From: Macrostomum lignano
Lineage: Eukaryota
Direction of reading: 5' to 3'
Assembly: GCA_002269645.1 (NCBI GenBank)
Contig: NIVC01000004.1
Span: forward strand, 1 to 64,000
DNA length: 64,000 bases
Shown piece after piece: positions 21,701-34,262 of the stretch. The notes beneath the pieces were generated by a model. The model was not told where the DNA came from and ran no database searches. It saw only the letters and a list, made by a program, of their open reading frames with translations. Position 1 is the first letter of the stretch, and the number at the start of each line of letters is the position of its first letter. The position numbers and the translations under genes were made by a program.

Positions 21701-24277
21701 ATGCAGCCAATCCCTCTGTTACTTGGCACCCTGGTTGCAGTTGCATTCGCTAGCAGTGACTGGAACTCAAATTTCGACGAGAGACTTATAACGCACACAA
21801 GAAACGACGCCGGTTACGCTCAACAGCCCGACGATGTGACAGTGCTGGTGCCACGACCCGGAGCTGGACGGTTCGTTGGATTCCTTACCGGGGTGTCGCA
21901 ATTTCCGAACGAAATGACGGGTGACCCGGCCAAGAATGTTTCCGCATTCCTGGGCATCCCGTACGCTGCCAAGCCAACTGGCAGGCTGCGCTTTCGTCTG
22001 CCACGGCCGGCCTACTTGGACTCCCGAGGACGCTGGCTAGCACGTCGCTATGGCAACGCGTGCCTACAGGGCGCCTATCGCTTTCGCATGGAGGCGCTCA
22101 ACCTCTCCTTGGACCAGTTCTCGGAAGATTGCCTGTACCTAAATTTGTTTGTATCTGGAAACGCAAGCGAAGCATCGCAGGCGAAACTACCTGTGCTACT
22201 GAATATCCACGGCGGAACTCTTCTCGTTGGTGGACCTCACGGCTACCCAGGCCAGGTGCTGGCCTCCAAGGGCATCGTCATGGCAACGCTCTCCTACCGG
22301 TTGAATATATTTGGCTTGATTTCGACTGGGACCTACTCAGCGCCTGGCAACCTCGCTCTGTGGGACCAGCGTGCGGCTCTCATGTGGATTCGCGATAGCG
22401 TTGAGTTCTTCGGTGGCGATCCAGGCCGAGTGACCCTGAGCGGGGAGAGCGCCGGCGGCTCGTCAGTCGGACTTCACATTGTGTCCAACGGTCGATTTCT
22501 GAACGGCGGCCGACCGCTGTTTCACCAGGCGGTGCTCATGAGCGGTGCCGACATCGCTAATTGGGCCGTGTCGAGACCTGTCATCGGTGACCACGAGGGC
22601 TCCATCGATTATATTGCTGGCTTTGTCGGCTGTTCCAGGTCTTCAGTAGCCGCCACAATGAGCTGCCTTGCCAGCGTATCCGCCTACGAGATTGACAAAT
22701 GGAGCTTAAAGCGCCGGGAGGATACCACTGAGCCTGAATGGCTCTGGGCTCCTGTAGTCGACGGTGTCCTCATCGGTGATATTCCGCTGGTGCTGCGAAA
22801 GAATGGCGATTTCATGAAACTGCCCATCATGGGAGGCTTTACCAGAGATGACACTGTGAGAAGCGACTTTATAGAGGAGGAAAGCGTTCGAAACATCCTC
22901 TTTGACGAACTCACGAAAAGGGGCACTAAAATGGTAAGACATTGGTTCTCTAGCTGATATTGGGTTCAGTACCAGCAGCTTTCCACTAGCTGACAGGCCG
23001 GCAAACTCCGGCCCGCTGGCCACATGCTGCCCACAGAGCCTCTCTACCCGGCCCGCTGGCCACATGCTGCCCACAAAGCCTCTCTACCCGGCCCGCTGGC
23101 CACATGCTGCCCACAAAGCCTCTCTACCCGGCCCGCTGGCCACATGCTGCCCACAAAGCCTCTCTACCCGGCCCGCTGGCCACATGCTGCCCACAAAGCC
23201 TCTCTACCCGGCCCTCGGGTCCTTTAAAAAATTCAAAAAAGCATCTGGCCCTCTCCATGATTGTCTCTCTTCTCAACTCCCTTTTCTCTAATCCCCTCTC
23301 TCTCTCATTTCCTCTTCTCTTTTTTCTCTCATCTCCTTTTCTTCGCTCCTCTCTCATCTCCTCCTTTTCTCTTCTCTACTCCTATCCTCTCCCTTCTCTC
23401 CTCTACCTCTCTCCACTCCTCTCTCATTTCCTCTCTCCTCTTGTTCTCTCTCTTCTCTCCTTTCCCCCTTCGATTTCATCCCTCCTCTCGTCTCCTCTTT
23501 TCTCCTTTATTCCTCGCCTCCCTTCCGGAGCCTTGAAGTAAAAAAGTTTGCCGACCTCTACACAAGCAGAAATTTGACGTCCCGCAGATTCCCGGCATAG
23601 AGGCCATAGTTGAAGAAGCCATCAAGGTTTACCTGCAAGGCAAGCGAAGCGCCAGCAGCCGGGCAGAGATGTTCCAGCTGATGAAGAATGTGACGCGAGA
23701 CTACGAAATGATCCAGCCGGTGTACCAGGCGCTGCGTTTCCACGCCAATCGGCAAGACTCTCGACAGCCCGTCTTCCTGTACGAATTCGGGTACGAAAAG
23801 CGGTTTCAGTGGCCGCCTGAAGTCAGGCACGGCGACGACTTGGACTACATTTTAGGAGTGCCGTTTGTCTCGTCCGACTGGTGGCAGCGCGTCAGCGGCG
23901 AGGCGGATCTCGACAAATTCAATAAGTTCAACACGACCGAGCAGCGGCGCCTGAGCGACTTCATGACGACGCTGTGGACAAACTTTGTGAAATTCGGCAA
24001 CCCGACGCCAACGCCGGTGCGTGGCTTCAAGTGGGATCGCTTGACGCCCCGCAGCAACTCGGACTCGCCCGTCCCTTGCGCCATTCTCAACTTGCCAGAG
24101 CTCACCAGCGTAACACCTGATTACAAGCGCAAGGAGATGCAGCTGTGGAAGAGGTTCTATGACCTTGAGCTGCAGTACGTGCTTCAGCTGAGCAGTGGAG
24201 AGTCGTCAGGCGCTACTTCCGCGGTCCTGCTGGCGATTGGGTCTGCAGCTGCCCTGCTGGCCAGACTGCTTGCCTGA
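21701..24277 (+). CDS. Type-B carboxylesterase/cholinesterase-family protein, about 640 aa, signal peptide and probable GPI anchor
   Basis: Exons 21701-22933 and 23588-24277 (phase 0, GT-AG). FLGIPYA, SEDCLYLN, HGG, GESAG nucleophile elbow, acid residue in GGFTRDD (Asp), HGDDL His, WTNFVKFGNP. Hydrophobic C-terminal tail with no cytoplasmic domain. Confidence 0.93.
23008..23214. repeat. 40-bp tandem repeat x5 in the esterase intron, followed by a CT-rich tract to about 23520
   Basis: Unit CCGGCCCGCTGGCCACATGCTGCCCACAAAGCCTCTCTAC. Confidence 0.95.
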
Positions 24278-25340
24278 GACAGCCGGCCAGAGGTCAGGCG
24301 AGCTGCACTGCAACTTCTATTGCGCAAAAGTTTCTATAGAAATGTTCAGTTCTGTGCATATCTGTGCTGCTCTGGTGCCTTGCACAATTATGATACTTCC
24401 TAGCGCAAATTTAGCAGCTTTTTCAATTTTTTATAGAAAAATATCCACCAAAAGGCTTAATATTTCCTCTTAGTCGAACTTTTATCCATGCAAATCCTCT
24501 GTATCATTTTTGCTCTCTTGTTTCTGCTGTAAGTCGTGTGTATTAAATATATTCATTTTGCTGCACTGGTGGGTTTTGGCAACAGGCATTCATCAGCAAG
24601 AATGTACAGATTTGTGCTTGGGAACTCGCAGCCGCAGTGTCTGGCAGCTCGCAATACAACCAAACAGAAAACAGACTGAAACACTTGCTCGTTGCAGCAG
24701 CACCGCGTTTTGGAGCGGCCTGTCGGAACGGTGCAAGGGCATCGAAATGCAGCATTGAGGTTCGACTCTGTGCCTTATTCTGTCAATGGGAAAATTTCAA
24801 TGCTGACGACGTGAAACTTGAGCCCCAAACTGGCTGTTCAATATGCCATCCAAGAATAAAATCGGGGGTAATAAAATTCATGCATATCGGGATTTAAAAA
24901 AACGCATAAATAAAATTATCCCACTGAGAAACAATAAAATCCAACCAGGTCGAACCCACGCAGGTATACATCAAACACGGAGTTCTATAAATGCAGGATC
25001 TAGGTCGTGTATCAAACTTTGGCGAACCGCAAGCTGTAGTTATGCGATCGTAAAACGACCCCCCGCGCGCAAGCGGAGATATTGAAGAAGACTTTATCTT
25101 GATTTGCAACTGGATCTGGTCAAGAAACTGAGTTAAAACTATTTCTTCCAGCACCATCAGGGGCAAAAATGAATGCTCCCAGCAAAACTCAACCAGGCTC
25201 GAATTGGGTCTAAGCGTCAAGTAATCAACACACGCTCCACACGCTACACACGATATCCGTGGGGAAGCAGCGCCAACCAGACCTCCACTGTCCCATAGAG
25301 CACAGAATAGCTAGAGAGTTGGCTAGTTTGCGAGACTACA

Positions 25341-25415
25341 ATCATGGGAGGCTGTACCAGAGATGACACTGTGAGAAGCGACTTTATAGAGGAGGAAAGC
25401 GTTCGAAGCATCCTC
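25341..25415 (+). other. 75-bp copy of esterase exon 1 sequence 22826-22900
   Basis: 73/75 identical, same orientation, unrelated flanks. Confidence 0.95.
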
Positions 25416-28107
25416 GCGGCAGTCTCAGACGATTGCAACAGATAGCCAGGTGTCAGTGCTGGCAACACGGATGGTCAGGTGTTAGTGCTGACGTCAGGAT
25501 ATAGCCAGACAGGTGCTGTAGTATCACTAGCTGCGTCCTGCCGAACTCGTTCCTTTTTCCGTACTTGGAAATAAACAACAGACAGCAAACTTCGCAGTAC
25601 AGGCGGATCAACGCGATTCACTGGCAGCAGGCTGGACTTCCTGAACATCTCGACTGCAAAGGTTCAAAGCAGAAAACCTGATGGCACAGTCTCATCAGGG
25701 AGGTCTAGCGACACTTGCAGCAATTGCGACTCGGTTCCGCCCCGAGCTCATGCTTTGGTACCCTGAGACAGCATTTGAAAAGCAGGTGCAGCAGCGGGTG
25801 CTTGGTCAGGTCGGGTGTTCTCACAAGATCTAAATCTAACATTTTAGATTAAAGGCAGGGGCTGTGTGCACACTACTGGCGCACTTCAAGTAACAATTGT
25901 CACACCAAATGAATGACTGCGTTTCGCCGCTTGCACATCAGAGCGCCGCACTAGACCACTAGGCTTACGCTCCCCTTGGACTGTCGGGATTTTTTGAATC
26001 GAAACTTTGTTGAAGAAGTGCCCAGAAAGGAAATCGGTCTGAATCATAAAGCGTCGTTATAGTCGAGAAGATTTATGCGGGCTTCTGACTGGCCAGCAGG
26101 GCAGCATGATGCGCGTGGTGTCTCCTGCGTAATAAAATTGCATGCAGATCTATACGAGCTTAAAAATGCAGTGGGGATCCGTGTGAAATATATTTTCAAC
26201 CGCTTAATTGTCCCTCCCAACTCTTTTTATTGCACCGGACCGACTGGAAACTGCGAGCAAGAAGAACAAACCATTTAGAATTATTAGGCATGGTTTAATC
26301 CAGCAGCTTATAGCGCGATCCAAGCATGCAGGCCAGACCAAAATACCCAGAGACATGCATGCACACATTAAAGCAGTATAATTTCAGTGGACGATCGACC
26401 ATTAAAACCGGGATTAAAATGTTTTTATTAGTTTGCTGTCCTGTCCGAAATCGAATTCTTCACGTCATGGACCTTTGTTCTGAATAACTACAATTAAATC
26501 ACGCACATATGGCTAGAAAACACATTCTAGCCAATTTAAGTGCTCCTTCCAATTCCTTCGCAATGCCCCGGTGATGGCAGCATTCAACAAAAATTGCAAA
26601 CAAAAAAAGAAGTCTTAACTAGATTTTTGGTTTAAATTTAATTTTCGAGCAGGATGCAGAACTTGCCATATAGAAGTTGCATATATAGCTTTTTCGAAGC
26701 AGATCCAATATCCAAAGCGAAAAAAATTCTGCAGGCGTTCAATTTTGTTTGACTTCATTCAGTTCAGAAAGTTTGTTTAAAATTTAAAAAGTTTGACAAA
26801 AATTATTGTCAGGACATTGAACTAGCAAATGGCGATTGGCATAATTTATTTATTTATTTTGTTTCATTTATTTGGCACGGCGGCACCACTAGCTCATATC
26901 AGCAGGAATATTCAAACATAATGTGAAATAATTCTTGCTTTTTCTGTTTCCCTTTGGTTAATACATTTAGGCAAAACTTCATATCATATGGATCAGTATG
27001 CATTAGAGTTTGATTTCTTGTTCAAAATCTAGGATTCTTTGCAATTGTATCATTGTATGCAAGGAAAACCTGTACACTTGCTTCAGAAAGTCTAAACTTG
27101 TGCAAAGATAGCAGCAAAGATATAGCATGTACCATCTATATATTCATTCATAAGCTACATATATCCTGAGAATAGCTGCATCGTCCTTCTAGAATCTAAG
27201 TACTATATGCATACATATGCTTAGACTAGGCCTAGCCTAGGCCTATGCCATAGTCAGGATCATGGCACAGGTACGCCGGAATAAGCAGTTGGTAAAAAAG
27301 TGGTACGCCGTGTACACCAAGATCGGAACCCAGTAGTATGCCGATGGACCAGGGGGAGGGGGGGTATGGGTAGTAGTGCATGTGAACAAAAGTTTCGATA
27401 ATAATCCATTAAATAATAACGGAAGTTTAAAATAATGTAAAAGTCAAACTTTCTCAAAAAGTCAAGTTTTCTTTTGTGTTGAAATTTCAATGACTTTAAC
27501 AAAAGAAAATTAGCACCAGAAAAAACATTTTTTCTTTCTTTTTCAGTTTTAAAAAAATTTAAAAAATAAATTTGATGCATCAGGATTCGGGATATTGTGG
27601 GTGGGCAGGCAGGGCCCCATACCCACAGTGGCGCAGCATATAATTGTGTGTCGTGGCACACCTTTGCACGCCATGGGATACTTTCTCTAAACCGTGATAC
27701 ACCATGTATGCCGAAATTGGTCCAAAATTTCCCTATGTACGCCAGAATTTTCCAAGTAAAATGCTATCTTCCTGACTATGGGGCCTATGGGCCTCAGCCC
27801 TTGGGCTTCCAGTCAATCTGGCAATAAGACAATTCAGCAATAGACAATCTAGTGACAAGTGATAACAGATGATCTGGAAATAGATTTTGAATTGTAGAAT
27901 TTATAGATTTAGATAGAGATAAAATATAATTTTATATATAGAGAGTTTATTTTACAAATGGTTCTTTAAATAGTATATTATGGCTATACCTCGGACAAAG
28001 TTTAAGGTATTACACCAAACATTTTTATATTGTAGAATATAATGTATTTATTTGATTATGTCACAGCGGTTATGCTTCCCTCTTTAGCTATCCCACTACT
28101 GGTACCA

Positions 28108-28305
28108 AGTTGTCAAAGGGCTGTTTTTTCTATCTCTATAAATGATTCCACAGCTGTCACTAAAGTTGTCAAGGGATAAACTTCTGTCTCTATAAATGAT
28201 TCCACAGCTGTCACTAAAGTTGTCAAGAGGTAAACTTCTGTCTCTATAAATGATTCCACAACTGTCACTAAAGCTGTCAAAGGGCTTATTCTTGTCTCTA
28301 TAAAT
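28108..28305. repeat. 54-bp tandem repeat, about 3.5 units
   Basis: Unit TCTCTATAAATGATTCCACAGCTGTCACTAAAGTTGTCAAGGGATAAACTTCTG, starting at 28133, 28187 and 28241. Confidence 0.9.
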
Positions 28306-31079
28306 GTTGGTAGCTGCCACCAAGACTATTCTAATAAATTATGGGTTTATTAATCTTAGAATAAGTCTTAGAATATTTCTTAGAATAGGTCTGAGTATTT
28401 AGTCTAAGTATTTAGTCTGAGTATTATTCTTAGAAAACTGTTAGCCTTAAAGATTTTATTCCTCTGTTATTCTGGTAGTGTTTCTGTTATTCTAGTAGTG
28501 TTCTATTATTCTGGTAGTATTCTACTTAATAATTTGGCCTGAGTGGTATTTTGGCTTACTGGTATATGTATTTCATGTACTTTGCAAGTCCTTGGGCATT
28601 ACCAAGATCAGAGGGTCACAGCCTCCAGTTATTCTTACACATATTATTTCAGATCTACTTCGCAATTTTTTACTACTCAATGTTGCTGCTTCTCAGTAGT
28701 AATGTATTGTATTTGCTTTGGTCTACTTTGCTCTTACTTAAAAAGAATTAACACAGGAAAACACTTCTTCAATTATATTTTCTCAGAACTCTTATTATTA
28801 GCTATCAACTGTTTTGTTAGTGAACTATGATGTGCAAAGTTGGTTCTTCCTCCGCCAAAAATGCTTCTATTTATATTAAAATTCTTATACATTTTTACAA
28901 AAATTCGTTAGTGTAAAATATTATAGAAAATACAAGTATTAAAACAAAATGTGTTTCTTAGTTTTGGCATAAATTTAAATTGCAATAAATGATAAAGTTA
29001 CTATTTTATAGAAAATCAGGAGGGGCCCTATACAATTATAAAACTAGGCCTAGGCTGCCTAGTAATAGTATGTAGCCCTTATTGAAAATAAAGAATGCAT
29101 CAATTTAATGTAGTTTCCTGTTTTTCAAAGCAAAATCATCATTAAGTTGTAAAATCTATTTCATCTTTTTATTTTTATTAGAAAAAAGAAAAAAAATTGT
29201 ACCAAAAAGTATTTATAATATAATTTAATGATTATGCCTATGGTTATAATTTTTTAAGCTTTTTTTTTCTTGTGCATTTTTTGAAACAATGTTTGAATGT
29301 ATTTTCTACTTTTGTTCATAGGCCTATTATTAATTATTGTTAATGGCATACATAGCATGTAGTTGGCAAACATGTATATAGTAGGCATGCAAACAAAAAA
29401 CTTCCAGGTATACATTCTGGCATGCATCCAACATGATCTAAAATATTTAGGTTGGGATAGAGGAATGAAAATTGGCAATTTTTGGGCAGTTGGTTTGTTG
29501 ATACCAAAATAAGGCAGCCTTAAAATTTTGAATTTCTATAAGCATTGAGTTCAAACAAATATTTCTAGAAATTGCACAGACAAATCCCAATGCCACAAAT
29601 TTTTTTTCCTATTTTACTCCAGCTACTAGGTCCACAATTCCGGGGGGGAGGGTAGTTGTTATTATAGGTAAGTGGTCTTTGTTAGGCATGGTCATTTGAA
29701 TTATGTCCTTTGATACTAAAATCAATATAAATCAAAATTCTCAATGGGTATGTTCTGGCACTATCTACTAGCAGAGCAGACACCAAGGAGCATTGATGCA
29801 TTCTCTTCCCTGCCAAGTTGCTTGATGGAACCCCTCTTTGAGGGCATTCTTCAGTCAGATGTAGGCTGGTATATGCCAGTGGTGGTTGCTGTGTAGGCGC
29901 AGTGTGTCAGCCTTGTTGAGGCAGAACTATGTTGCTGGGGTAGGTGAGGCCTTGGGGCTGGTCGCAGTGGAACTTGCGCTTGCTCCATTTGGTACAGGAT
30001 GGTCAGACATCATCTTGATGGCAATAACAAGCTAGGACAAATACCAAGTGGGCAAATAATGATTGAACAGGTATGAATAACAAGATAGCAAAAAGCCAAA
30101 TGGTAAATTATTAACTGTGGTGGCAGGAGAAACAAAGTTTAAAAAAGTTGACATAGTGAAATTAAATGCTTAAATACTCCTATGGCTGGCTAGATAAAAT
30201 ATGTCTAGCTAGACAAAATATGGCCACTGTCGCAAACACCCCCGCTGTGCACTCCAATTGAGGTTACGCCTGGAGATTGGGGTAGAGAAAAAGCAAGGTG
30301 CAATAAAATGATAAACCACAAGATATAGGTGTCTAGGGTTTAAGCTGCATACCAAATTAATTGAATGAGAGACTCCAATAGTCTCACATGAATGGGAGTT
30401 GCATCTGGAAAGAACTTTGCAAACATTTAGAATTAGACAAATGACTGTAAGGCAGCAATTTAGGGCTTCATATTAGATTTGTTGGATAGTATGATACTAA
30501 CCGAAATAATAGGCATGGGTTTCCATAAGGAGTTACACAAAAAAGGGAGAAAAAGACACTAGAAAAATTTTCCTAGGCTTGGGCTTGATTGTAACATAGA
30601 TTTGGGGAGCTATAATTCATCTCAGATGCCCCCACTGGGGACATAGCCTCGAACAAAGAGGACCTATAACCCAAGTGCAGCAGGACACTAAAATTAAATA
30701 GATCAGTTAGATGAGAAATTTACTTTCAGCTCATTAACTGAAGCTGAGAAGGTTTACAAATAATTCAGATTTGTGTAGTTCATGCAGCAAAAAGAGAGAG
30801 GAAAATGATACTTTTAGCACTTTGGACGTGTGTAGAGAAATTTTACAGTAAGGGGTTTCGCAAAACAGAAGGGATAATTCACACTGAGAGTTATTAAAAT
30901 GCATGCACATTCTTCTGTCTGCAAAAACACATCTTGGCTACAATAGAGTATATAATTAAGAATTTTTATAATTGAAAACAAAGCCAAGCTAAAAAACAGC
31001 CATGCAAAGTTGTAATCCAAGCCTGGCTTGAATTTCTCTTGCATGCTAGTGGCTTTCACTAACTTCAATTTATCGCATC

Positions 31080-32801
31080 ATGTCTGCCGATGTCGCCAGC
31101 TCCGAGGTGGCCGCGCCCGACCTCGACGCCGAGGCTTCTTCAACAGCAGCTGCTGCGGTGGCGGATTCGACAGCGGGTGATCAGCAGGCACCGACTCCTC
31201 CAGCAGCCAACGGCGCTGTTGATGTTGACGAAGGCGCATCGTCGGGCCCTGCCGATCATCCAGAGCCCGATAGCCGAGCTGCCGCCGCTGGCGAAGCCGG
31301 AGCCAGCGTTGAAGGCCTCGGCGGTGGCGGCGACGACGCTGAAAAGCCGGAGGACGCGGCCGACGAGGTGTCGGAGGCGCCAGCGCCGGCGCCGAATTCC
31401 TCAGGCGTGGCGGCGGGCCACAACAACGAGGAGGCGGACGAAGAGGAAGAGGAGGAGTCGGACGAGGACATCAACGTGATCATCAACAAGGCGGACACGG
31501 CCAACCCCAACACGGCCTTCAACCGGCAGCAGCAGCAGTCGGCCGCCGGCAAATCAAAGCGCGCCGGAGCTGCTGCTGGCGGCGGCGGCGGCGGCCAGCG
31601 AACGGCGGTCGATCTGGACAATCCGGGCAACATCGGCGGCGCGCCCACCATCGATTACAACGTGGCCAGCCTGCGCGAGGAGGAGAAGCCGTGGACCCGG
31701 CCTGGCGCTGACATTGCCGACTATTTCAACTACGGCTTCAACGAGGAGTCCTGGGTGGCCTACTGCGAGAAGCAGCGCCTGCTGCGGGCCCAGAACGGCG
31801 GCCGGCTGCCCTCGGTGATGACCGACCCGCTGCAGCCGTTCCGTCCGACACGCCGGGGCGGCGGTGGCGGTGCCGATTCGCATGGCCAGCAGTTGCAGCA
31901 GCAGCACGACAGGCATGAGCGGCAGCAGCACGACAGGCACGAGCGGCAGTCGGAGCGGCAGCACCAGCCGCAGCGGTCCGCCATCACTGTCATCGGGGCC
32001 ACGTCTGGCGATAATCGACGGCCCCGCCGCGACTCTCAGGGCCAGGACGGCGGCAACGTTCCCCGCATGATTCCCACTCTGGGTGGCGGTGGCGGCGGCG
32101 GCGGTGGCGCTCCGTTTCTTCAGCACCACCCGCCGCCGATGCAGCCGCACCTGCAGGGCCCAATGCAGCTGCCGCCGGCCGCTGCGGCCGCCTTCGGCTT
32201 CATTCCGCAGTCCTCGACTGCCCAATTCGTGCCAATGACGGCCGCCCCGCCGCCGCCTCAGCCGGGGTTTATGCCGGGCCCGGGCGTGCTGGCCTATCCA
32301 GGCATGCCGCCGCCGCAGGTGCCCTGGACTGCCGCGCCGCCACCGCAGATGCCGCCGCCACCCCCGGTGTCCGCGGCCAGCTACGCTGGAGAGGCTCTGC
32401 ATCAGCAGCAGCCAATGCAGCAGCAGCAGCAGATGATGGAGCAGAAGCCGGACCCACCAGCGGGACCAGCTGGCCACCTGGTCAGCCTCACCGGCAATGC
32501 GGGACAGCCGAGCGTTTCTGCCGCCTCCACTGCTGCCGCAGCTTCAGCCGGCTTGAGCGACGCTGCCCCCGCCCCCGCCGCCGCTTCAGCTTCGAGTTCG
32601 TCGCGCGAGCGTCGTCGCCGCCGCAGCAGGAGCCGCAGTCCGCCCGCCGAGTCGTCTTCGTCAAGCCGCAGCCGGAGCAGCCGCCAGCATCAGCAGCAGG
32701 AGGCCAGCAGCGGCGGCTCGCGCAGGCAGCAGCGCTCCCGTTCCCGTAGCGGCGAGCGGCGCCGTCGCGGCAGCCGCGAACGGGGGGAGCGCAGGAAGTG
32801 A
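31080..32801 (+). CDS. FIP1L1: Pre-mRNA 3'-end processing factor FIP1, 573 aa, intronless
   Basis: Acidic N-terminus, Fip1 motif [31 protein letters not shown], Pro-rich middle, RS/RE-rich tail. Confidence 0.95.
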   Translation: MSADVASSEVAAPDLDAEASSTAAAAVADSTAGDQQAPTPPAANGAVDVDEGASSGPADHPEPDSRAAAAGEAGASVEGLGGGGDDAEKPEDAADEVSEAPAPAPNSSGVAAGHNNEEADEEEEEESDEDINVIINKADTANPNTAFNRQQQQSAAGKSKRAGAAAGGGGGGQRTAVDLDNPGNIGGAPTIDYNVASLREEEKPWTRPGADIADYFNYGFNEESWVAYCEKQRLLRAQNGGRLPSVMTDPLQPFRPTRRGGGGGADSHGQQLQQQHDRHERQQHDRHERQSERQHQPQRSAITVIGATSGDNRRPRRDSQGQDGGNVPRMIPTLGGGGGGGGGAPFLQHHPPPMQPHLQGPMQLPPAAAAAFGFIPQSSTAQFVPMTAAPPPPQPGFMPGPGVLAYPGMPPPQVPWTAAPPPQMPPPPPVSAASYAGEALHQQQPMQQQQQMMEQKPDPPAGPAGHLVSLTGNAGQPSVSAASTAAAASAGLSDAAPAPAAASASSSSRERRRRRSRSRSPPAESSSSSRSRSSRQHQQQEASSGGSRRQQRSRSRSGERRRRGSRERGERRK

Positions 32802-33095
32802 ATTAATTTAAACGGGCTCGCATACTACTGGTAGTAGAAATTGTTGAAACTGAATGAATTTTGCAAGGCAAAGCCTTACTCAGCTATTTTAATAATTAAC
32901 ATTACTGTCTCCGGTCATACGACTGATGAAGCTGCTTAGCATTTGTCCTTTTTTGTCTGATCGCCCTTCCCCAATGTTCTAGTTTCCATTGGCGTTAGTC
33001 CGCTGTGTGCATGTAAATATACTTTAAAATGTGTTCGCTAATTGTTTTGTTGCACTGCTTCCGCTGTCCGGCTTTGTTAATGCTGATGTGACCAG

Positions 33096-33101
33096 AATAA
33101 A
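33096..33101 (+). promoter_or_regulatory. Probable FIP1 polyadenylation signal AATAAA followed by a U-rich tract
   Basis: First AATAAA after the FIP1 stop (295 nt downstream). T-rich sequence follows to about 33190. Confidence 0.6.
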
Positions 33102-33266
33102 TGACAACTTTGGAAACTGTTCGTATCTGCTGAAAATTTACTTTTTTGCTGATGTGTTTCTGCTTTCGTTATTTTATTTCCAATTTTCTTATGAAAGCTC
33201 TGGCAAACCGGCTCCGAAGTCTAAAATATGCGCTGCTAAGCAGGATTTCCGCACTCTGAATTGCAG

Positions 33267-33479
33267 GCCAACCAGGAGAAAAAGTCCGCTCCCGAGCGGC
33301 TGGTGGGCAAGCTGTCCTCAGCCCTGCCCGCCTTCACCGATCTGTTCGACGAAGAGACTTTCTACATTTTCTTCTTCTGCATTGTGATTGTATCGTTTGC
33401 TATCGCCTTTCTGGCTGCCCGGGTGTTCCGCATCAAACTGGTTGACGCGGACGAGGCCGAGCACAAGCACTCCAGCTGA
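33267..33479 (+). CDS. Small single-pass membrane protein (about 70 aa) with no genomic ATG, starting at a 3' splice acceptor
   Basis: TTGCAG|GCC AAC CAG... gives ANQEKKSAPERLVGKLSSALPAFTDLFDEETFYIFFFCIVIVSFAIAFLAARVFRIKLVD. The P.FTD.FDEETFY + TM pattern resembles a small conserved invertebrate protein I recall but cannot name. In-frame TAA at 33237-33239 upstream. Confidence 0.7.
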   Translation, partial: ANQEKKSAPERLVGKLSSALPAFTDLFDEETFYIFFFCIVIVSFAIAFLAARVFRIKLVDADEAEHKHSS

Positions 33480-33577
33480 TGCGGCTAGCCGATGGAACAT
33501 GGCGCTGCCAACAACTTAGCATCTCTTCCTCTAATTGCTGTGCAGCCACCCATCCGCCTTTGCCCCTTCCTACCCAT

Positions 33578-34262
33578 TGTACACCCACCCCTCCTCCGCC
33601 TCTGCCCCTAACCCTTGTACACCCACTCCTCCGCCTCTGCCCCTAACCCTTGTACACCCACCCCTCCTCCGCCTCTGCCCCTAACCCTTGTACACCCACC
33701 CCTCCTCCGCCTCTGCCCCTAACCCTTGTACACCCACCCCTCCTCCGCCTCTGTCCCTAACCCTTGTACACCCACCCCTCCTCCGCCTCTGCCCCTAACC
33801 CTTGTACACCCACCCCTCCTCCGCCTCTGTCCCTACCCCTTGTGCTCCCATCCCTCATCCGCCTCTGTCCCTACCCCTTGTGCTCCCACCCCTCCTCCGC
33901 CTCTGTCCCTACCCCTTGTGCTCCCATCCCTCCTCCGCCTCTGTCCCTACCCCTTGTGCTCCCACCCCTCCTCCGCCTCTGTCCCTACCCCTTGTGCTCC
34001 CACCCCTCCTCCGCCTCTGTCCCTACCCCTTGTGCTCCCACCCCTCCTCCGCCTCTGCCCCTAACCCTTGTACACCCACCCCTTCTCCGCCTCTGCCCCT
34101 AACCCTTGTACACCCACCCCTCCTCCGCCTCTCCGCCTCTGCCCCTAACCCTTTTACACACACTCCTCCTTCGCCTCTGTCCCTATCCCTTGTGCTCCCA
34201 CCCCTCCTCCGCCTCTGTCCCTATCCCTTGTGCTCCCACCCCTCCTCCTCTGCCCTACCCTT
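33578..34262. repeat. 38-bp C-rich minisatellite, about 17 units
   Basis: Unit TTGTACACCCACCCCTCCTCCGCCTCTGCCCCTAACCC and variants. Confidence 0.95.

Noticed and set aside
29720-30020. GC-richer island with a short minus-strand ATG frame (MMSDHPVPNG...)
   Set aside because: Stops after 28 codons, with no motif or convincing splice sites.
33578-34262. CCCTAACCC motif suggesting telomeric sequence
   Set aside because: At most one telomere-like hexamer per 38-bp unit and absent from many units; no (TTAGGG)n run.
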